From: Microcoleus sp.
GTDB lineage: Bacteria; Cyanobacteriota; Cyanobacteriia; Cyanobacteriales; Microcoleaceae
Direction: 5' to 3'
Length of the DNA: 64,000 bases
Assembly (NCBI GenBank): GCA_042408215.1
Contig: JAYFMW010000019.1
Span: forward strand, 32,001 to 96,000
Shown: piece after piece, positions 1 to 11,408 of the stretch
How the letters are laid out: every line of letters begins with the position of its first letter
How positions within the stretch are numbered: position 1 is the first letter of the stretch
Made by a program: the position numbers and the translations under genes
Notes under the pieces: generated by a model
Databases searched by the model: none
Told to the model about the DNA's origin: nothing
What the model saw: the letters and a program-made list of their open reading frames with translations, nothing else

Positions 1-133
1 CTCTGGGCGGGCACTCTTGGCACCGCCCCTACAAGAGAATGAAACCGCCCCCCTTCTTAAGGGGGATTTAGGGGGATCTCCGAGGAATAAACTGTTTTAA
101 CCCAAGCGTATTGGGTTATGCAGATTTTACGCT

Positions 134-1078
134 TTATGCTTCAGAATTTTCGGGCATTTCTAGCAATTCAGGAATGGTGACAAAGCGATATCCCTGCTGT
201 TTCAAACCAGCAATGATATCGGGCAATGCTTTAATAGTACGAGATCGATCGCCCCCGCCATCGTGCATCAGAACAATCGCACCGGGTTTGGCACCTTTGA
301 GGACATTATCAACAAAAGCTTGTGGTTGAGCGCGCGGATCTGTATCTGCGGAAGTTACCGACCACATCACAACGGAGTAATTTTGTGATTTAGCATATGT
401 AGCCAAGCCATTATTCAAAACTCCCCCCGGCGGGCGAAAGAAAGATGTCTTAACTCCGGTGGTTTCGTAAATAAGTCTGGCGGTGCGATCGATTTCATTA
501 GCCGCCGTCGCCGCATCCATAGAATCGTACCAGTGATGCCATGTATGATTGCCGATCGCATGACCTTGGGCCACAACTCGGCGAGCAATTTCCGGTGAAT
601 TTTCGAGGGATTTGCCTATCCAAAAAAACGTGGCTTTTACATCATTTTGCTGAAAAATATCCAGCATTTGTGCTGTGGTTTCCGGCCAAGGCCCGTCATC
701 AACAGTTAAGGCTATAACTTTTTCAGAATTGTTGACTTTTCCCTCAAAAACAGTTGTTCCTTGAAACTGTTCCGGCGGCACAAAAGTCAAGAGTTTTTCT
801 TTAGATTCCAATACAGTGAGAAGTTCTTCAACTGTGCGATCGAGATTAAACCCTGTGGGATTTTTTCCTAACTCGTTTGCTAGCGGATTTACTGTTAAAG
901 ATTGGTTAAGGTTCTGCACCTGCACCGCAGCGGTGGTAGGATTGTCAGTTGCTTGTAAAGCAGGTTGGTTTCCCGGTAGCAGCGTACCGATGACAAAGCT
1001 AATCGCAGCCGCTAAAAGTGCGATCGCCACAAAACGCCATTCTTTCCGCAGTCTTTGAAACAGATGATTTGCGCTCAC
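134..1078 (-). CDS. Polysaccharide deacetylase (NodB/CE4 family), N-terminal membrane anchor
   Basis: CE4 motifs ALTVDDGP, GNHTWHH, FFRPPGG and VLMHDGGG; hydrophobic N-terminal helix. Confidence 0.92.
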   Translation of the reverse strand: MSANHLFQRLRKEWRFVAIALLAAAISFVIGTLLPGNQPALQATDNPTTAAVQVQNLNQSLTVNPLANELGKNPTGFNLDRTVEELLTVLESKEKLLTFVPPEQFQGTTVFEGKVNNSEKVIALTVDDGPWPETTAQMLDIFQQNDVKATFFWIGKSLENSPEIARRVVAQGHAIGNHTWHHWYDSMDAATAANEIDRTARLIYETTGVKTSFFRPPGGVLNNGLATYAKSQNYSVVMWSVTSADTDPRAQPQAFVDNVLKGAKPGAIVLMHDGGGDRSRTIKALPDIIAGLKQQGYRFVTIPELLEMPENSEA

Positions 1079-1224
1079 TTGAGATTCCTGCCACTCCGGT
1101 CACAATGCGGAATATAATAGCAGTTAAATAAGGTAAAACGCGATCGCTGTTAGAGCCCAGACTTCTTAAAGAAGTCTGGGCTCTGGGTGTGCTGTTTTTT
1201 CAGGTGGGATTACTTAACACTATT

Positions 1225-4200
1225 TTAGAATAAAATATTTGCTTCCGGCAAAGCGCCATGCATTTTACCCAGCCAATCAATCAAATTATCCAGTTGCTTT
1301 TGGGCACTCAAAACCGCCATCCCTCTAATAGTAACCTTCCCCTTGCTGTAGACAAAACGAGACTGCAAATGATCCGGCAAATTAGCCTTAAGCAAATTCC
1401 AAGCAGGTTCCTCCATCGGCGTTTCCAAAACAATGTGCTGCTTATTTTCCGGCTTAATCCGAGAAAAACCAATTTGCTTAGCAATTTGTTTGAGTTCAAC
1501 AATACGAATAAGTTGCTTCGCCGGAAGAGGAATGGGGCCGTAACGATCGCACCAATCAGCCTGAATCTGCTGCAACTCTTGAGGCGTATTAGCAGAAGCA
1601 ACAGACCGGTAAGCACTCATCTTTTGATCCAAATCCCCAATGTAATCAGCAGGAATAAACGCAGTCAAACTCAAATCTATTTGGGTATCTTCAACCTTGG
1701 GAATTTCTTGACCCTTAATTTCACGAATTGCCTCCTCTAACATTTCAGCATACAAATCAAAGCCGATCGCCTCCATTTGACCAGACTGTTCCGTACCCAA
1801 AATATCACCCGAACCGCGAATTTCCAAATCCCGCATCGCCAACTGATAGCCCGAACCCAACTGCGCGAACTCTTGAATAGCCCGCAACCTCTGCTTTGCA
1901 GCATCAGTCAACAGACTTTGCTTAGGATACAATAGCCAAGCGTGAGCTTGAATACCCGCGCGTCCCACCCGTCCCCGCAACTGGTAAAGTTGACCCAAAC
2001 CGAACCGCTGGGCGTCTTCAATCAAAATTGTATTAACACGGGGAATATCCAAACCAGATTCAATAATCGTCGTGCACACCAAAATATCAAAATCCGCCGC
2101 ACTAAAGGACAGCATAATTGATTCTAATTCCGAAGCATCCATTTGACCGTGGGCGATCGCAATTCTCGCCGCCGGAACCATCTCCTGCAACTGAGCGGCC
2201 AACTCATCAATCCCCTCAATCCGGGGCACCACGTAAAAAACCTGACCACCCCTGTCCAATTCTTGACGAATCGCACTCCGCACCGCTTCCGGGTCATAGG
2301 GAGCCAAATGCGTCTGAATCGGGCGCCTGCTGGGAGGCGGAGTAGCAATCAAACTCATCTCCCGAATCCCCGACAGCGACATATACAAAGTCCGAGGAAT
2401 CGGCGTTGCTGTCAGAGTCAGAACATCCACCTCTGTTTTCAGAGCTTTAATAGCTTCCTTTTGCTTAACCCCAAACCGCTGTTCTTCATCCACCACCAAC
2501 AGGCCCAAATCCCGAAATTTAATCGCTTTGCTCAAAACAGCTTGAGTACCCACAATCACATCTAATTCACCAGTAGCCAAACGCTTGTGAATTTCCCGGC
2601 GTTCCGTTTCCGTGCGAAAGCGATTCAGCAAACCAACTTCGATCGGATAAGGCGAAAAACGCTCCTTCAGAGTGTGATAGTGCTGTTGGGTCAAAATCGT
2701 CGTCGGCGCGAGCAAAGCCACCTGCTTGCCCGCTGTAACCGCCTTAAAAATAGCTCTGAGAGCGACTTCCGTCTTGCCAAAACCGACATCACCGCAGACC
2801 AGACGATCCATAGGTCGATCGCCCTCCATATCCCGTTTCACATCCTGAGTTGCCTTCAACTGATCCGGCGTTGGTTGATAAGGAAAAGAATCCTCTAATT
2901 CTTGTTGCCAAGGCATATCAGGAGGAAAAGCGTAACCTGTTTGTTTAGCTCTTTTAGCATAAAGATTCAACAAATCTACCGCTAATTTCTTAACAGCTTT
3001 GCGAACCTTTGTTTTAGTTTTTTCCCAAGTTTGACCTGTCAGCTTGTTGAGTTCCGGCACTTTATCGGCCACAGTCCGAAACCTCGACAAAGCGCCCAAT
3101 TGATCGGCCGCGACTCTCAGAGTACCGTCACCGTATTGAATTAGCAAATACTCGCGAGTTTCCAAATCGAGGGTTAGACGTTCTAACTTGATAAATCTGC
3201 CCACTCCGTGCTGGCGGTGAACTACATAATCACCAGGGCTTAACTTGTTCGCGTCTACTTGTTTAGAAGCAGCGCGGCGGCGCTTGCGAACATAGCTAAA
3301 AGTAGCCAAAGAATGTTGACCGTAGAATTCCCGATCGCAAATCAAAACAATCCGAAAAGTAGGCAGAATAAAACCTTCCAATTCAGCCAGCCCGCTGTAC
3401 TTCAGAGCAACCGGAATATGCTGTAATTGCAACTTATCGATCGCCAAATAATCGCGAGGATTCACCACAAACTGAGCCGGACAGTCATGTTCCGACAACA
3501 GAGAAACAGAGCGGCTGGGTTGAGCCGAAACCAGAAACACCGAAAAACCCCGATCGCGCTCCTCCCTGAGCGTTTGGGATAACTTCGCAAATTGGTGAGG
3601 CATCACCGGCACCGGGCGAGAAGCCAAATTAATCGGAGGAGACGAAGAAACCGGAACCGAAAAAGCAGATTCCGCCAATTCAGAAAGATAGAGGCGATCG
3701 AACCCTTCCACATCAACCATAGACTCAGCAAAAGAGCGATGAATTTTAGGAAGAGAAGCAATTAAACTTTCCCATTGCTCCTGAGCACTGTCAAACCAAC
3801 GATCGCAGTGAGCCTCACACTGAGCCGGTTCATCAATAGCAACCAAAGTATTCAGTGGCAAATAATCCAAAATAGAAGCAGGTTTCTCAAAAGCCAAACC
3901 CAGCAACCGCTTAATAACCTTCCCTTCCCCTTCCTCCCCTTCTTCTCCCTCAACATACGCGCCCTTCGCGCCTTCGCGGTTCGTTTTCAAAATAGACTTT
4001 TGGGCCAAAGCCCCGCGAACAATCCCGCCAAAATCAGTAGGAGTCAAAACCAACCGATCGATCCTATCAAGCGATCGCTGAGAAGACGGGTCAAACTCCC
4101 GAATTTGCTCCAAATCATCCCCAAACCATTCCAGCCGCACCGGCAACTCAGCCGCCACCGGAAACACATCCACAATATCGCCCCGACGGCTCCACTGGCC

Positions 4201-4737
4201 CTCCATTTCGACTAGAGCCACCCGATCGTACCCCATCGAGGCAAGTTGGCGGTCTAAAATCTTCGAGTCTTGAACCATACCTCGCGCCAAAGTCAGACAG
4301 TAGGGTTCAAAAGCAGCAGGCGGTGGCAAATGAGACTGGAGAGCCCGCGCTGTAGCTACGATCGCGATCGGCTTAGAATTAGTAGTGATTTCAGGTTTCT
4401 GGACTAAATCCGCCAGCACCTGCATTTGTCCCCAAGTCATTTCGCTTTCATCGGAGTAAGATAGCTCGTAGGGCGAAGCCTCCGAAGTCGGGTAAAAATG
4501 CACAGTCTGCCAGCCCATCGCCTCCAGCCCGGCCACCCAGCGGCCTGCTTCTTCCAGAGTTGCTGTCACTACGAGTAAATTCCGCCCCTCTTGCTGTGCG
4601 AGGGCTGAAGCTACCAAACCTTTAGGCAAGCGGGCTACGCCGTTGAGTTGCACGTAGTGATGGCGCTTGAGCTTGTTGAGTAGTTCTGTTGCTAGGGGCG
4701 ATCGCCCCAGAATACGAATTATTGAAGAGAAAGTCAT
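1225..4737 (-). CDS. mfd: Transcription-repair coupling factor Mfd
   Basis: 1170 aa; UvrB-like RGDIVDVFP segment, CarD/RID domain ([12 protein letters not shown]), helicase motifs [36 protein letters not shown]-terminus. Confidence 0.97.
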   Translation of the reverse strand: MTFSSIIRILGRSPLATELLNKLKRHHYVQLNGVARLPKGLVASALAQQEGRNLLVVTATLEEAGRWVAGLEAMGWQTVHFYPTSEASPYELSYSDESEMTWGQMQVLADLVQKPEITTNSKPIAIVATARALQSHLPPPAAFEPYCLTLARGMVQDSKILDRQLASMGYDRVALVEMEGQWSRRGDIVDVFPVAAELPVRLEWFGDDLEQIREFDPSSQRSLDRIDRLVLTPTDFGGIVRGALAQKSILKTNREGAKGAYVEGEEGEEGEGKVIKRLLGLAFEKPASILDYLPLNTLVAIDEPAQCEAHCDRWFDSAQEQWESLIASLPKIHRSFAESMVDVEGFDRLYLSELAESAFSVPVSSSPPINLASRPVPVMPHQFAKLSQTLREERDRGFSVFLVSAQPSRSVSLLSEHDCPAQFVVNPRDYLAIDKLQLQHIPVALKYSGLAELEGFILPTFRIVLICDREFYGQHSLATFSYVRKRRRAASKQVDANKLSPGDYVVHRQHGVGRFIKLERLTLDLETREYLLIQYGDGTLRVAADQLGALSRFRTVADKVPELNKLTGQTWEKTKTKVRKAVKKLAVDLLNLYAKRAKQTGYAFPPDMPWQQELEDSFPYQPTPDQLKATQDVKRDMEGDRPMDRLVCGDVGFGKTEVALRAIFKAVTAGKQVALLAPTTILTQQHYHTLKERFSPYPIEVGLLNRFRTETERREIHKRLATGELDVIVGTQAVLSKAIKFRDLGLLVVDEEQRFGVKQKEAIKALKTEVDVLTLTATPIPRTLYMSLSGIREMSLIATPPPSRRPIQTHLAPYDPEAVRSAIRQELDRGGQVFYVVPRIEGIDELAAQLQEMVPAARIAIAHGQMDASELESIMLSFSAADFDILVCTTIIESGLDIPRVNTILIEDAQRFGLGQLYQLRGRVGRAGIQAHAWLLYPKQSLLTDAAKQRLRAIQEFAQLGSGYQLAMRDLEIRGSGDILGTEQSGQMEAIGFDLYAEMLEEAIREIKGQEIPKVEDTQIDLSLTAFIPADYIGDLDQKMSAYRSVASANTPQELQQIQADWCDRYGPIPLPAKQLIRIVELKQIAKQIGFSRIKPENKQHIVLETPMEEPAWNLLKANLPDHLQSRFVYSKGKVTIRGMAVLSAQKQLDNLIDWLGKMHGALPEANILF

Positions 4738-5082
4738 GCGCTTTTAATTTTAATGCCCGATCGGCGAAGGCTCTTTCCCGCCGGCCTGTTAAGGAGATTG
4801 TACGACAAACATCATTGATTGTGTCGATCGGCTGTTGTCGCCTGGGAACTGAACTGCGGGTAGATTTCTGCTCTAATATATCGAGGCTACGATCGAAACG
4901 AGCCTGTTCCGTTAATCTAGTGACAGGAAAGAGAAAAAATTTCGATTTTGCGATCGAGATTAAAAGCTTTCAGACCTCTGTTGTGACCACACCCAAAAAC
5001 GGATACAGGCCCCCGACTCAAGTTGTGAAGAACGAAAAATTTTAGAGGTTAGGGAGAACCCGCAGATTATGGCTGCTGGGTC

Positions 5083-5113
5083 AATCTAAAATCTAAAATC
5101 TAAAATCTAAAAT
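5083..5113. repeat. Heptamer short tandem repeat (AAAATCT)n
   Basis: aatctaaaatctaaaatctaaaatctaaaatc; related heptamer runs at ~13565-13600, ~15160-15200 and ~15293-15320. Confidence 0.85.
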
Positions 5114-5158
5114 CGACTAACCGGGCTGCGCTTGCCGTTACCACCGATAATTTTAGAA

Positions 5159-6490
5159 ATGTCCCCAAGTACCGACCTTCTGATTGTTCTCCTGCTGATT
5201 TTCCTAAATGGCTTATTTGTGATGTCAGAGATGGCCATCATCTCGGTACGCAAGGTAAGACTGCAACAGATGGCCAACCAAGGTTCGATCAATGCCCGCG
5301 TAGCCTTAGATCTGGCTAATGCGCCCAATCAGTTCTTACCGACAGTTCAAATCGGGATTACGCTGCTGGCCATTCTGTCGGGCGCTTTCGGAGAAACGAC
5401 TATTGCCAAAAGACTAGAGCCTTTGTTGCGGCTGATTCCTGCCCTCGCACCCTACTCTGATACGATCGCCTCAGTAGTCGCAATTTTAATCATAACTTAT
5501 CTGACTCTAATTATCGGCGAACTGGTGCCGAAGCGACTGGCGCTCAACAACCCGGAGCCGATCGCCTCAAGTGTGGCCATTCCCATGCGAATGCTCTCAA
5601 AAATTGGTGCTCCTGCGGTTTATGTTTTAAGTTATTCCACTGACTTAGTAATGCGAATCATGGGGATTTTGCCCTCGACAGAACCGCAAGTTACAGAAGA
5701 AGAAATTAAAGTTTTAATCGAGCAAGGAACCTCAGCCGGAACCTTTGAAGAAGCCGAACAAGATATGGTGGAAAGAGTGTTTCGTTTGGGCGATCGACGA
5801 GTCAGCGCCTTAATGACACCGCGCCCCGATCTTGTCTGGCTCGATCTCGAAGATTCAGTCGAAGAAAATCGCCAAAAAATGCTCGGTAGCGGTCATTCTC
5901 GGTTTCCCGTGTGTCAGGGAGGCCTCGACAACGTTGTCGGTTTAGTACACGTTACAGATCTGCTGTCTCGGACTTTAACCGGTCAACCCCTCGATTTAAG
6001 CGCTTCTTTACGACGACCTTTATTTGTGCCGGAAAGCACGCGGGGTTTAAAAGTATTAGAACTTTTCAAACAATCTAGCAATCAAATTGCCTTGGTAGTA
6101 GACGAATACGGCGTGATTCAAGGATTGGTTACAGTCAACGACATTTTAGTCGAACTGGTGGGCGATTTTCCCTCGATTGAAGATGCAGACGAGCCGCAAG
6201 CCGTGCAGCGGGAAGACGGTTCTTGGCTGTTAGACGGAATGCTACCAGTCGAAGATTTTTTTGAGATGTTTGAAATCGAAGAATTGTCAGAAGAAAACAA
6301 AGGAAGTTACCACACAATGGGCGGTTTTGTGATTACAAATTTGGGCAAAATTCCCACAGCAGCCGAGCATTTTGAGTGGAACGGTTTGCGCGTAGAAGTA
6401 GTGGATATGGACGGGAACCGAGTTGATAAAATCTTAGTAATGCCGATCGACTCAGCGGGCGATATACCCCCCAGCAATCCAAAAACCTAA
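5159..6490 (+). CDS. HlyC/CorC (CNNM/DUF21-CBS-CorC) family membrane protein
   Basis: NGLFVMSEMA, VQIGIT and GELVPKRLA (DUF21); CBS pair with HSRFPV and VVDEYG; C-terminal DGNRVDK. ATG 5159 preferred over TTG 5132. Confidence 0.92.
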   Translation: MSPSTDLLIVLLLIFLNGLFVMSEMAIISVRKVRLQQMANQGSINARVALDLANAPNQFLPTVQIGITLLAILSGAFGETTIAKRLEPLLRLIPALAPYSDTIASVVAILIITYLTLIIGELVPKRLALNNPEPIASSVAIPMRMLSKIGAPAVYVLSYSTDLVMRIMGILPSTEPQVTEEEIKVLIEQGTSAGTFEEAEQDMVERVFRLGDRRVSALMTPRPDLVWLDLEDSVEENRQKMLGSGHSRFPVCQGGLDNVVGLVHVTDLLSRTLTGQPLDLSASLRRPLFVPESTRGLKVLELFKQSSNQIALVVDEYGVIQGLVTVNDILVELVGDFPSIEDADEPQAVQREDGSWLLDGMLPVEDFFEMFEIEELSEENKGSYHTMGGFVITNLGKIPTAAEHFEWNGLRVEVVDMDGNRVDKILVMPIDSAGDIPPSNPKT

Positions 6491-6764
6491 AAACCATTCC
6501 TCACAGATCAAATATACATTTCCTTTGTAGGGGCGGGTTCACCAACCATCATCGCCGGAAACAAACAATCTCAAAAACCCGCCCCCACCCAACGATCAAT
6601 CATCACCTATCATTTAGAAATTAAATATAAATATCAGGTTGATGTGAATTATTGGTGGGGTGGGGGCTGGTTTTTATATATTGTTGGTCATCGTTATATA
6701 TTGTTTGTGAACCCGCCCCTACCAGAGCGCAAATTGTACAATAACGAATCTACCGGACATCATA

Positions 6765-8098
6765 TCACTTCTTCTTGTTTCTTTCATCCTTCCGCAACAC
6801 TTCTAAAATAGAACTCCCCACATAATCGCTAAAAATTACTTCTCCAGCTTTGTTATAATGGCAACAGCTATCCACATAAACAGCATCTTTAGTCTTGTCA
6901 AAAACCTTAACACCATTCAATATATTAATATGATTTTTGGCCAAATTCGGAAACTTCTTAAAAAGGGCAGGATATCCAAGTTCAACAGCTTTAGCATAAG
7001 GAGTATCCTGATTAAAAGCAATCTGTTTTTCTGCTGCGCTAAACACCCTTTTTGTCTGATAGTATTGATTGGGTTGGAGAACATGAAAATACGGCACGTT
7101 GCTAGCCGACAATACTTTATGCATAAATATTGAACTTTTCGCCCAATTCTGAGCCATTTGTTCAAAAGCAACATCATCTTTCATCACCGAATCTTTAAGA
7201 TTGATATAAATTACGCTGCCACCATCATCATTCTGCGGTTGACTGTTCTCTTTTTCAAACCTAATGACATCTTTTCGGTAGTTGTTGACCAAGTTTTGAA
7301 CGTAAATAGAAGTTACAGCATCGCACGCAGCTAACTTGCATTCCTGCAAACCTCTCAAACCCCGATCGATCCTAGCTTTATTTTCTTTAATGGCGATCGT
7401 GGATTTCATCGCTTTTGTAGAAAGGGTATTACTGGCTATGTTTGTCAGCGGCAGGATGTGCTGAATGCTTGGCATCGCCAAATCAATTTTATTTTTATTA
7501 TTTAAATTAGAAAGTGCTACTTCATTAAAGCCATCTATATTGACGACCATATCGAGTTCTTGACCTAAAGCCAAAAAATAGTTTAAAATTAATAATTGTT
7601 GCGGCTGTTTGTACCCTCCGGTAGCAAAAGACAAAATTACATGAATTCTTGATCTTTCAAACCTGGTAACTGTTTGAGGTATTTAGGGAGAATTTGATTT
7701 TGGACTTGATATATTGCATAATCCGAAGCAACAGAACCGCCAAATACTCCGATAATAAACTGATGTTTTTTAGTTTTTTTGAACGGGTAATCGTAAGGAG
7801 AAATAAACCCATAATTATTAACTTTGAAACCTGGGCGAAAGTCAGCACTCGGTTTCTGAATGAACCCAAAAAAAGGATGAAATCTTTCGACTATAGACTC
7901 TCTGAGCCGCACTCCTTCTAAATTAATTCCCACATTGAACTTATCTTTAGGCTGTTCCCTAGTATAGAAAAATTGCTTGTGTTTGACAAAATACCATGCC
8001 AGGGAACCGCCTTCGAGGAAAACCAGTAAAAGCACTAAGTTAATCAAAGCAATTTTGATTATTTCTTGGCTGTTTTTGAGAAAATTAAAATCTTTCAT
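6765..8098 (-). pseudogene. SGNH-like membrane-anchored protein, paralog of 8105-9430, split by an apparent frameshift at ~7638
   Basis: ORFs 7637-8098 and 6765-7634 together align colinearly with the intact neighbour (GVFGGSVA ... GGYKQPQQLLILNYFLALGQ ... D.CCHYN); frame breaks at GAA TTC AT GTA ATT TTG. Confidence 0.75.
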
Positions 8099-8104
8099 AA
8101 ACCT

Positions 8105-9430
8105 CTATTTCGACTCCCTCACTACTTTAATAATGGAACTAGAAACATAGTTGGCCAATACTTCCTCTCCTACTGAATTATAGTGACAGCAGGCATCTTT
8201 GTAAACCGTTTCTTTTGTATTGTCCAAAATATTCACTCCGCTAAATACATTGACTCCGGCTTTTTGCAAATCATCGACTTTAGATAAAAGTACCGGATAG
8301 CCTTTTTTCACCCCTTCAATGTACGGGCTATCCTTGCTAATCGCAATTTCCTTTTCCTTTGAGGTAAACACTCGTTTCGTTGGATAATACTGGTTGGGCT
8401 GGATCAAGTGAAAATATGGGATTTTTCTACTAGATAAAATTTGATTCATCGTGACTGAGGATTCGTACCACATAGATGCTATTTTGTCAAAGGCAGCGGC
8501 ATCTTTTAAAACATAATCAGCTTTGGGAATGTAGACTATACCGCTATTTGCTGTGTCTGAGTTGGAGTTTTTGACTTGTCGATCGTACTTGACAACTGCT
8601 TGCTGGTAACTGTTGACTAATTGTCTGACTTGTAGGGAAGTTACTGCATGACACAAAGCTAACTGACAAGTTTGCAATTTGTCAACCGCCTCTTTTAACT
8701 GTTTTTTATTTTCGCTAATTTTGACTATCGAACTCATCACTTCCGGCGACAAGTTATTATTAGCCAAACCAGTTAACGGCTGTAGGTGTTGAACGCTGGG
8801 CATTCCCACTTCAACTTGAGCTTTATTATTTAAATTTGACAGTGCTACTTCGTTAAAACCGTCTATATTAACAACTAGATCTAATTTTTGACCCAAAGCT
8901 AAAAAATAATTTAAAATCAATAATTGCTGCGGCTGTTTGTAGCCGCCGTTGCCAAAATTTAAAACAATAATTTCCTTGTTCGCAAATTCTGGATAAGTCT
9001 TCAATTTGTTAGACAATCTTCGAGTTACGTATTCATCGACGGCAAAGTTATTGGCAACAGAACCGCCAAAAACGCCGACAATAAATTGATTTTTGTTAGC
9101 TTTGATAAACGGATATTCGTAGAGTGAGAAAAAGCCTTGTTTGTTGACTTTCAATTTTAACTTTTCATTAGTAAAAGCACCTTGTTTGATCGCGTAGCCA
9201 AAAAACGGGTGCAGTCTTTCAACTATCGACTCATCTAGCCTAATCCCAATTCTTTCAATATCTTCTACTACTTTTTCTTTGGTTTTAGTTCGGGTATAAA
9301 AAAACTGCTTTTGATCGATCAAATAAAATGCCAGCGACAAACCCTCCAGACAAATAAACGCGATCGCCAAATTAACAGCGATTAAACTCAAGACATTTTT
9401 GCCTTTTTTTAGTAGCGTTGAATCTTTCAT
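8105..9430 (-). CDS. SGNH/GDSL-like hypothetical protein with N-terminal TM helix
   Basis: GVFGGSVA block I-like motif, NFGNGG, DGFNE and DACCHYN (DxxH); tandem paralog immediately downstream. Confidence 0.7.
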   Translation of the reverse strand: MKDSTLLKKGKNVLSLIAVNLAIAFICLEGLSLAFYLIDQKQFFYTRTKTKEKVVEDIERIGIRLDESIVERLHPFFGYAIKQGAFTNEKLKLKVNKQGFFSLYEYPFIKANKNQFIVGVFGGSVANNFAVDEYVTRRLSNKLKTYPEFANKEIIVLNFGNGGYKQPQQLLILNYFLALGQKLDLVVNIDGFNEVALSNLNNKAQVEVGMPSVQHLQPLTGLANNNLSPEVMSSIVKISENKKQLKEAVDKLQTCQLALCHAVTSLQVRQLVNSYQQAVVKYDRQVKNSNSDTANSGIVYIPKADYVLKDAAAFDKIASMWYESSVTMNQILSSRKIPYFHLIQPNQYYPTKRVFTSKEKEIAISKDSPYIEGVKKGYPVLLSKVDDLQKAGVNVFSGVNILDNTKETVYKDACCHYNSVGEEVLANYVSSSIIKVVRESK

Positions 9431-9442
9431 AAAATTGACTGA

Positions 9443-10675
9443 CTACGGTTTACTCTTTGGGAGTTGAGACTGCTTTAATTGTTGGCACAAATTTTGGTTG
9501 ATTTTGATACTAGCCAGTCGGTGTCCCAGTTCGTTCCAGTGGGCACCACAGGGTACAGAATTCTCAAAACCGTGAACGCAAACTTGATATTTTTCAGTGT
9601 AACCTTTAAACTGTTCCGCTAAAGTTAATACCCGAAAACCCTCGCTAGCGCCCAATTTTTCCAGCCTCCTGTCGGGATAAAACAAATTCTGAATATTGTT
9701 TTCCTGCATAAACTTTTTCCGCTTTTCCGAATCGCGATCTACTTGGATCGGATCGCCAATAACTACCAGCAAGAAATCAGCATTTTTCTGCACAACTTCT
9801 TTCCGCATCGTCACGATCGAACCCTCAGTTACCCTCCAAGCATTTTCCCAAACTGCATCCTCCGGCTCCTTAAAATTCTTGGCACTCAAAGCCGTAAAAT
9901 CCTCAGACAAATGCCGCTTTTTATTATCTAAATCGGCTTTTTTCACAACCTGCAAAATCCGGGAATTGCTGACAATCCATCTTGGTAGCCTGTCAACAAA
10001 GGAAACTGCTCTTTCGTTGCGATCGATCGGAGCCCGATCGCGAAAAGACATATCCGGTACTAACTTACCACTAGCATCATACACAAAAAATGGTCGGTAA
10101 AGGTCGTATTCCAATTTCTGGGAATTGTTGATGATATCGTTACCTGTAAAAAAGGCAAGAACTACAATATCAGGATTGTAATCCCACACCTTTTTTCGCA
10201 GCATAACTAATTCTTGAGCAGTGCTGTAACCCTGCACCCCGAAATTAATTACCTCAACTTTTTTGCGCCCCTTGACAGCCTCGCAATTCCCCAATTTCCG
10301 TTCCAATTTCGACCAAAAAGTCTGTTCGACAGGTACGTGGATGGCTTCCGTGAAAGAATCGCCCAAAACCGCCACCCGCAGAGTATTTGGAGGTTTAGCT
10401 TTTGTGTGTTCGCGATCGCGCAAACCCTGGCTATTCACCCGCACAAAACTCGCACCTTCCTCTTTCCATTCCCCCGACGCACCCGGTTTGAGCTTCCAGC
10501 CCAAATCCGGATCGGAAGTGTGGAAATGAGTCGGTGCAGATTCTCCAAAATCTCCTATTTTTTTATAGCCTTTAATCCCCGCCACCCGCAATCCAATTTC
10601 ACCAATTATCACCCCCATCAATAAACCGCAGAGTATCAAACCAAAATTGACACCCAAATTCTTCAACTTGCTCAT
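9443..10675 (-). CDS. SGNH/GDSL hydrolase (SxtL-like position in the cassette)
   Basis: LGDSFTE, INFGVQGYST, FFTGND, GAHWN; ATG 10675 (MSKLKN) chosen because the small upstream ORF ends at 10680. Confidence 0.85.
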   Translation of the reverse strand: MSKLKNLGVNFGLILCGLLMGVIIGEIGLRVAGIKGYKKIGDFGESAPTHFHTSDPDLGWKLKPGASGEWKEEGASFVRVNSQGLRDREHTKAKPPNTLRVAVLGDSFTEAIHVPVEQTFWSKLERKLGNCEAVKGRKKVEVINFGVQGYSTAQELVMLRKKVWDYNPDIVVLAFFTGNDIINNSQKLEYDLYRPFFVYDASGKLVPDMSFRDRAPIDRNERAVSFVDRLPRWIVSNSRILQVVKKADLDNKKRHLSEDFTALSAKNFKEPEDAVWENAWRVTEGSIVTMRKEVVQKNADFLLVVIGDPIQVDRDSEKRKKFMQENNIQNLFYPDRRLEKLGASEGFRVLTLAEQFKGYTEKYQVCVHGFENSVPCGAHWNELGHRLASIKINQNLCQQLKQSQLPKSKP

Positions 10676-10679
10676 TCTT

Positions 10680-10844
10680 TCAAAACAAAGTGTAAATAAA
10701 CGGAGCAATTACAGAACCCTGACTCAATACAATCAAAGCTCCCAAAAAGACTAAAGTCACAATTAACGGAAGCAGCCAATACTTTTGGCGTTCTTTCATA
10801 AACGCCCACAAATCTTTGAGAAAATCTAATGTTGATTCAAACAC
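10680..10844 (-). CDS. SxtK-like / DUF5989 small membrane protein (54 aa, not in ORF track)
   Basis: Manual translation from GTG: (M)FESTLDFLKDLWAFMKERQKYWLLPLIVTLVFLGALIVLSQGSVIAPFIYTLF*; GTG abuts the stop of the sxtJ-like gene. Confidence 0.85.
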   Translation of the reverse strand: MFESTLDFLKDLWAFMKERQKYWLLPLIVTLVFLGALIVLSQGSVIAPFIYTLF

Positions 10845-11255
10845 TTAAAAAGGACGCTCCATACTAACTTTGGTTCTTGCTTTGCTTTGGACGCGGTATG
10901 TATCCATTTTGGGATTGAGTTTTCGCCGCATTGCATCTTCGCCGAATAGGTTTTTAATAAATCCCATCGGCCAAATTATCAGGTAAAAAACTATCCCCAA
11001 AATAATCGGCGTTTCGATTTTGTTGAGGAGAAGTCCAAACCGCATCCACCCGTGATAAATGGGATTGAGTGATTTCGGCGCAACCAATGCTAGCACAACT
11101 AGGACTGCGCCGATCGCCCAGGGCCACCAATGTGTAGGATGACGGCGCAATAATGGTACTACTAAACCGAATAGCAGTGCTATCAAACCGCCTATTAGGA
11201 GTCCGAAATCACGGAGGCCTTTTTTATCGAGTTTTTTTATTTCGCGATCGCTCAT
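10845..11255 (-). CDS. SxtJ family membrane protein
   Basis: LRDFGLL, W-x-x-FG..L, IILGIVFYLI.WP.G and terminal MERPF; directly downstream of the carbamoyltransferase. Confidence 0.85.
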   Translation of the reverse strand: MSDREIKKLDKKGLRDFGLLIGGLIALLFGLVVPLLRRHPTHWWPWAIGAVLVVLALVAPKSLNPIYHGWMRFGLLLNKIETPIILGIVFYLIIWPMGFIKNLFGEDAMRRKLNPKMDTYRVQSKARTKVSMERPF

Positions 11256-11408
11256 GGGAAGAAGGAAGTTCGGCAACTGATTGTGTAACGGATTTAACGG
11301 ATGTAACTGATGGAAGTTAGTCGTAGTTAGTCCTAGGGTGCGCAGTGCGCACCTTACCCGGATTGTTAGTTGTTAAATAACAAATAACTAATAACAAATA
11401 ACTACTAA

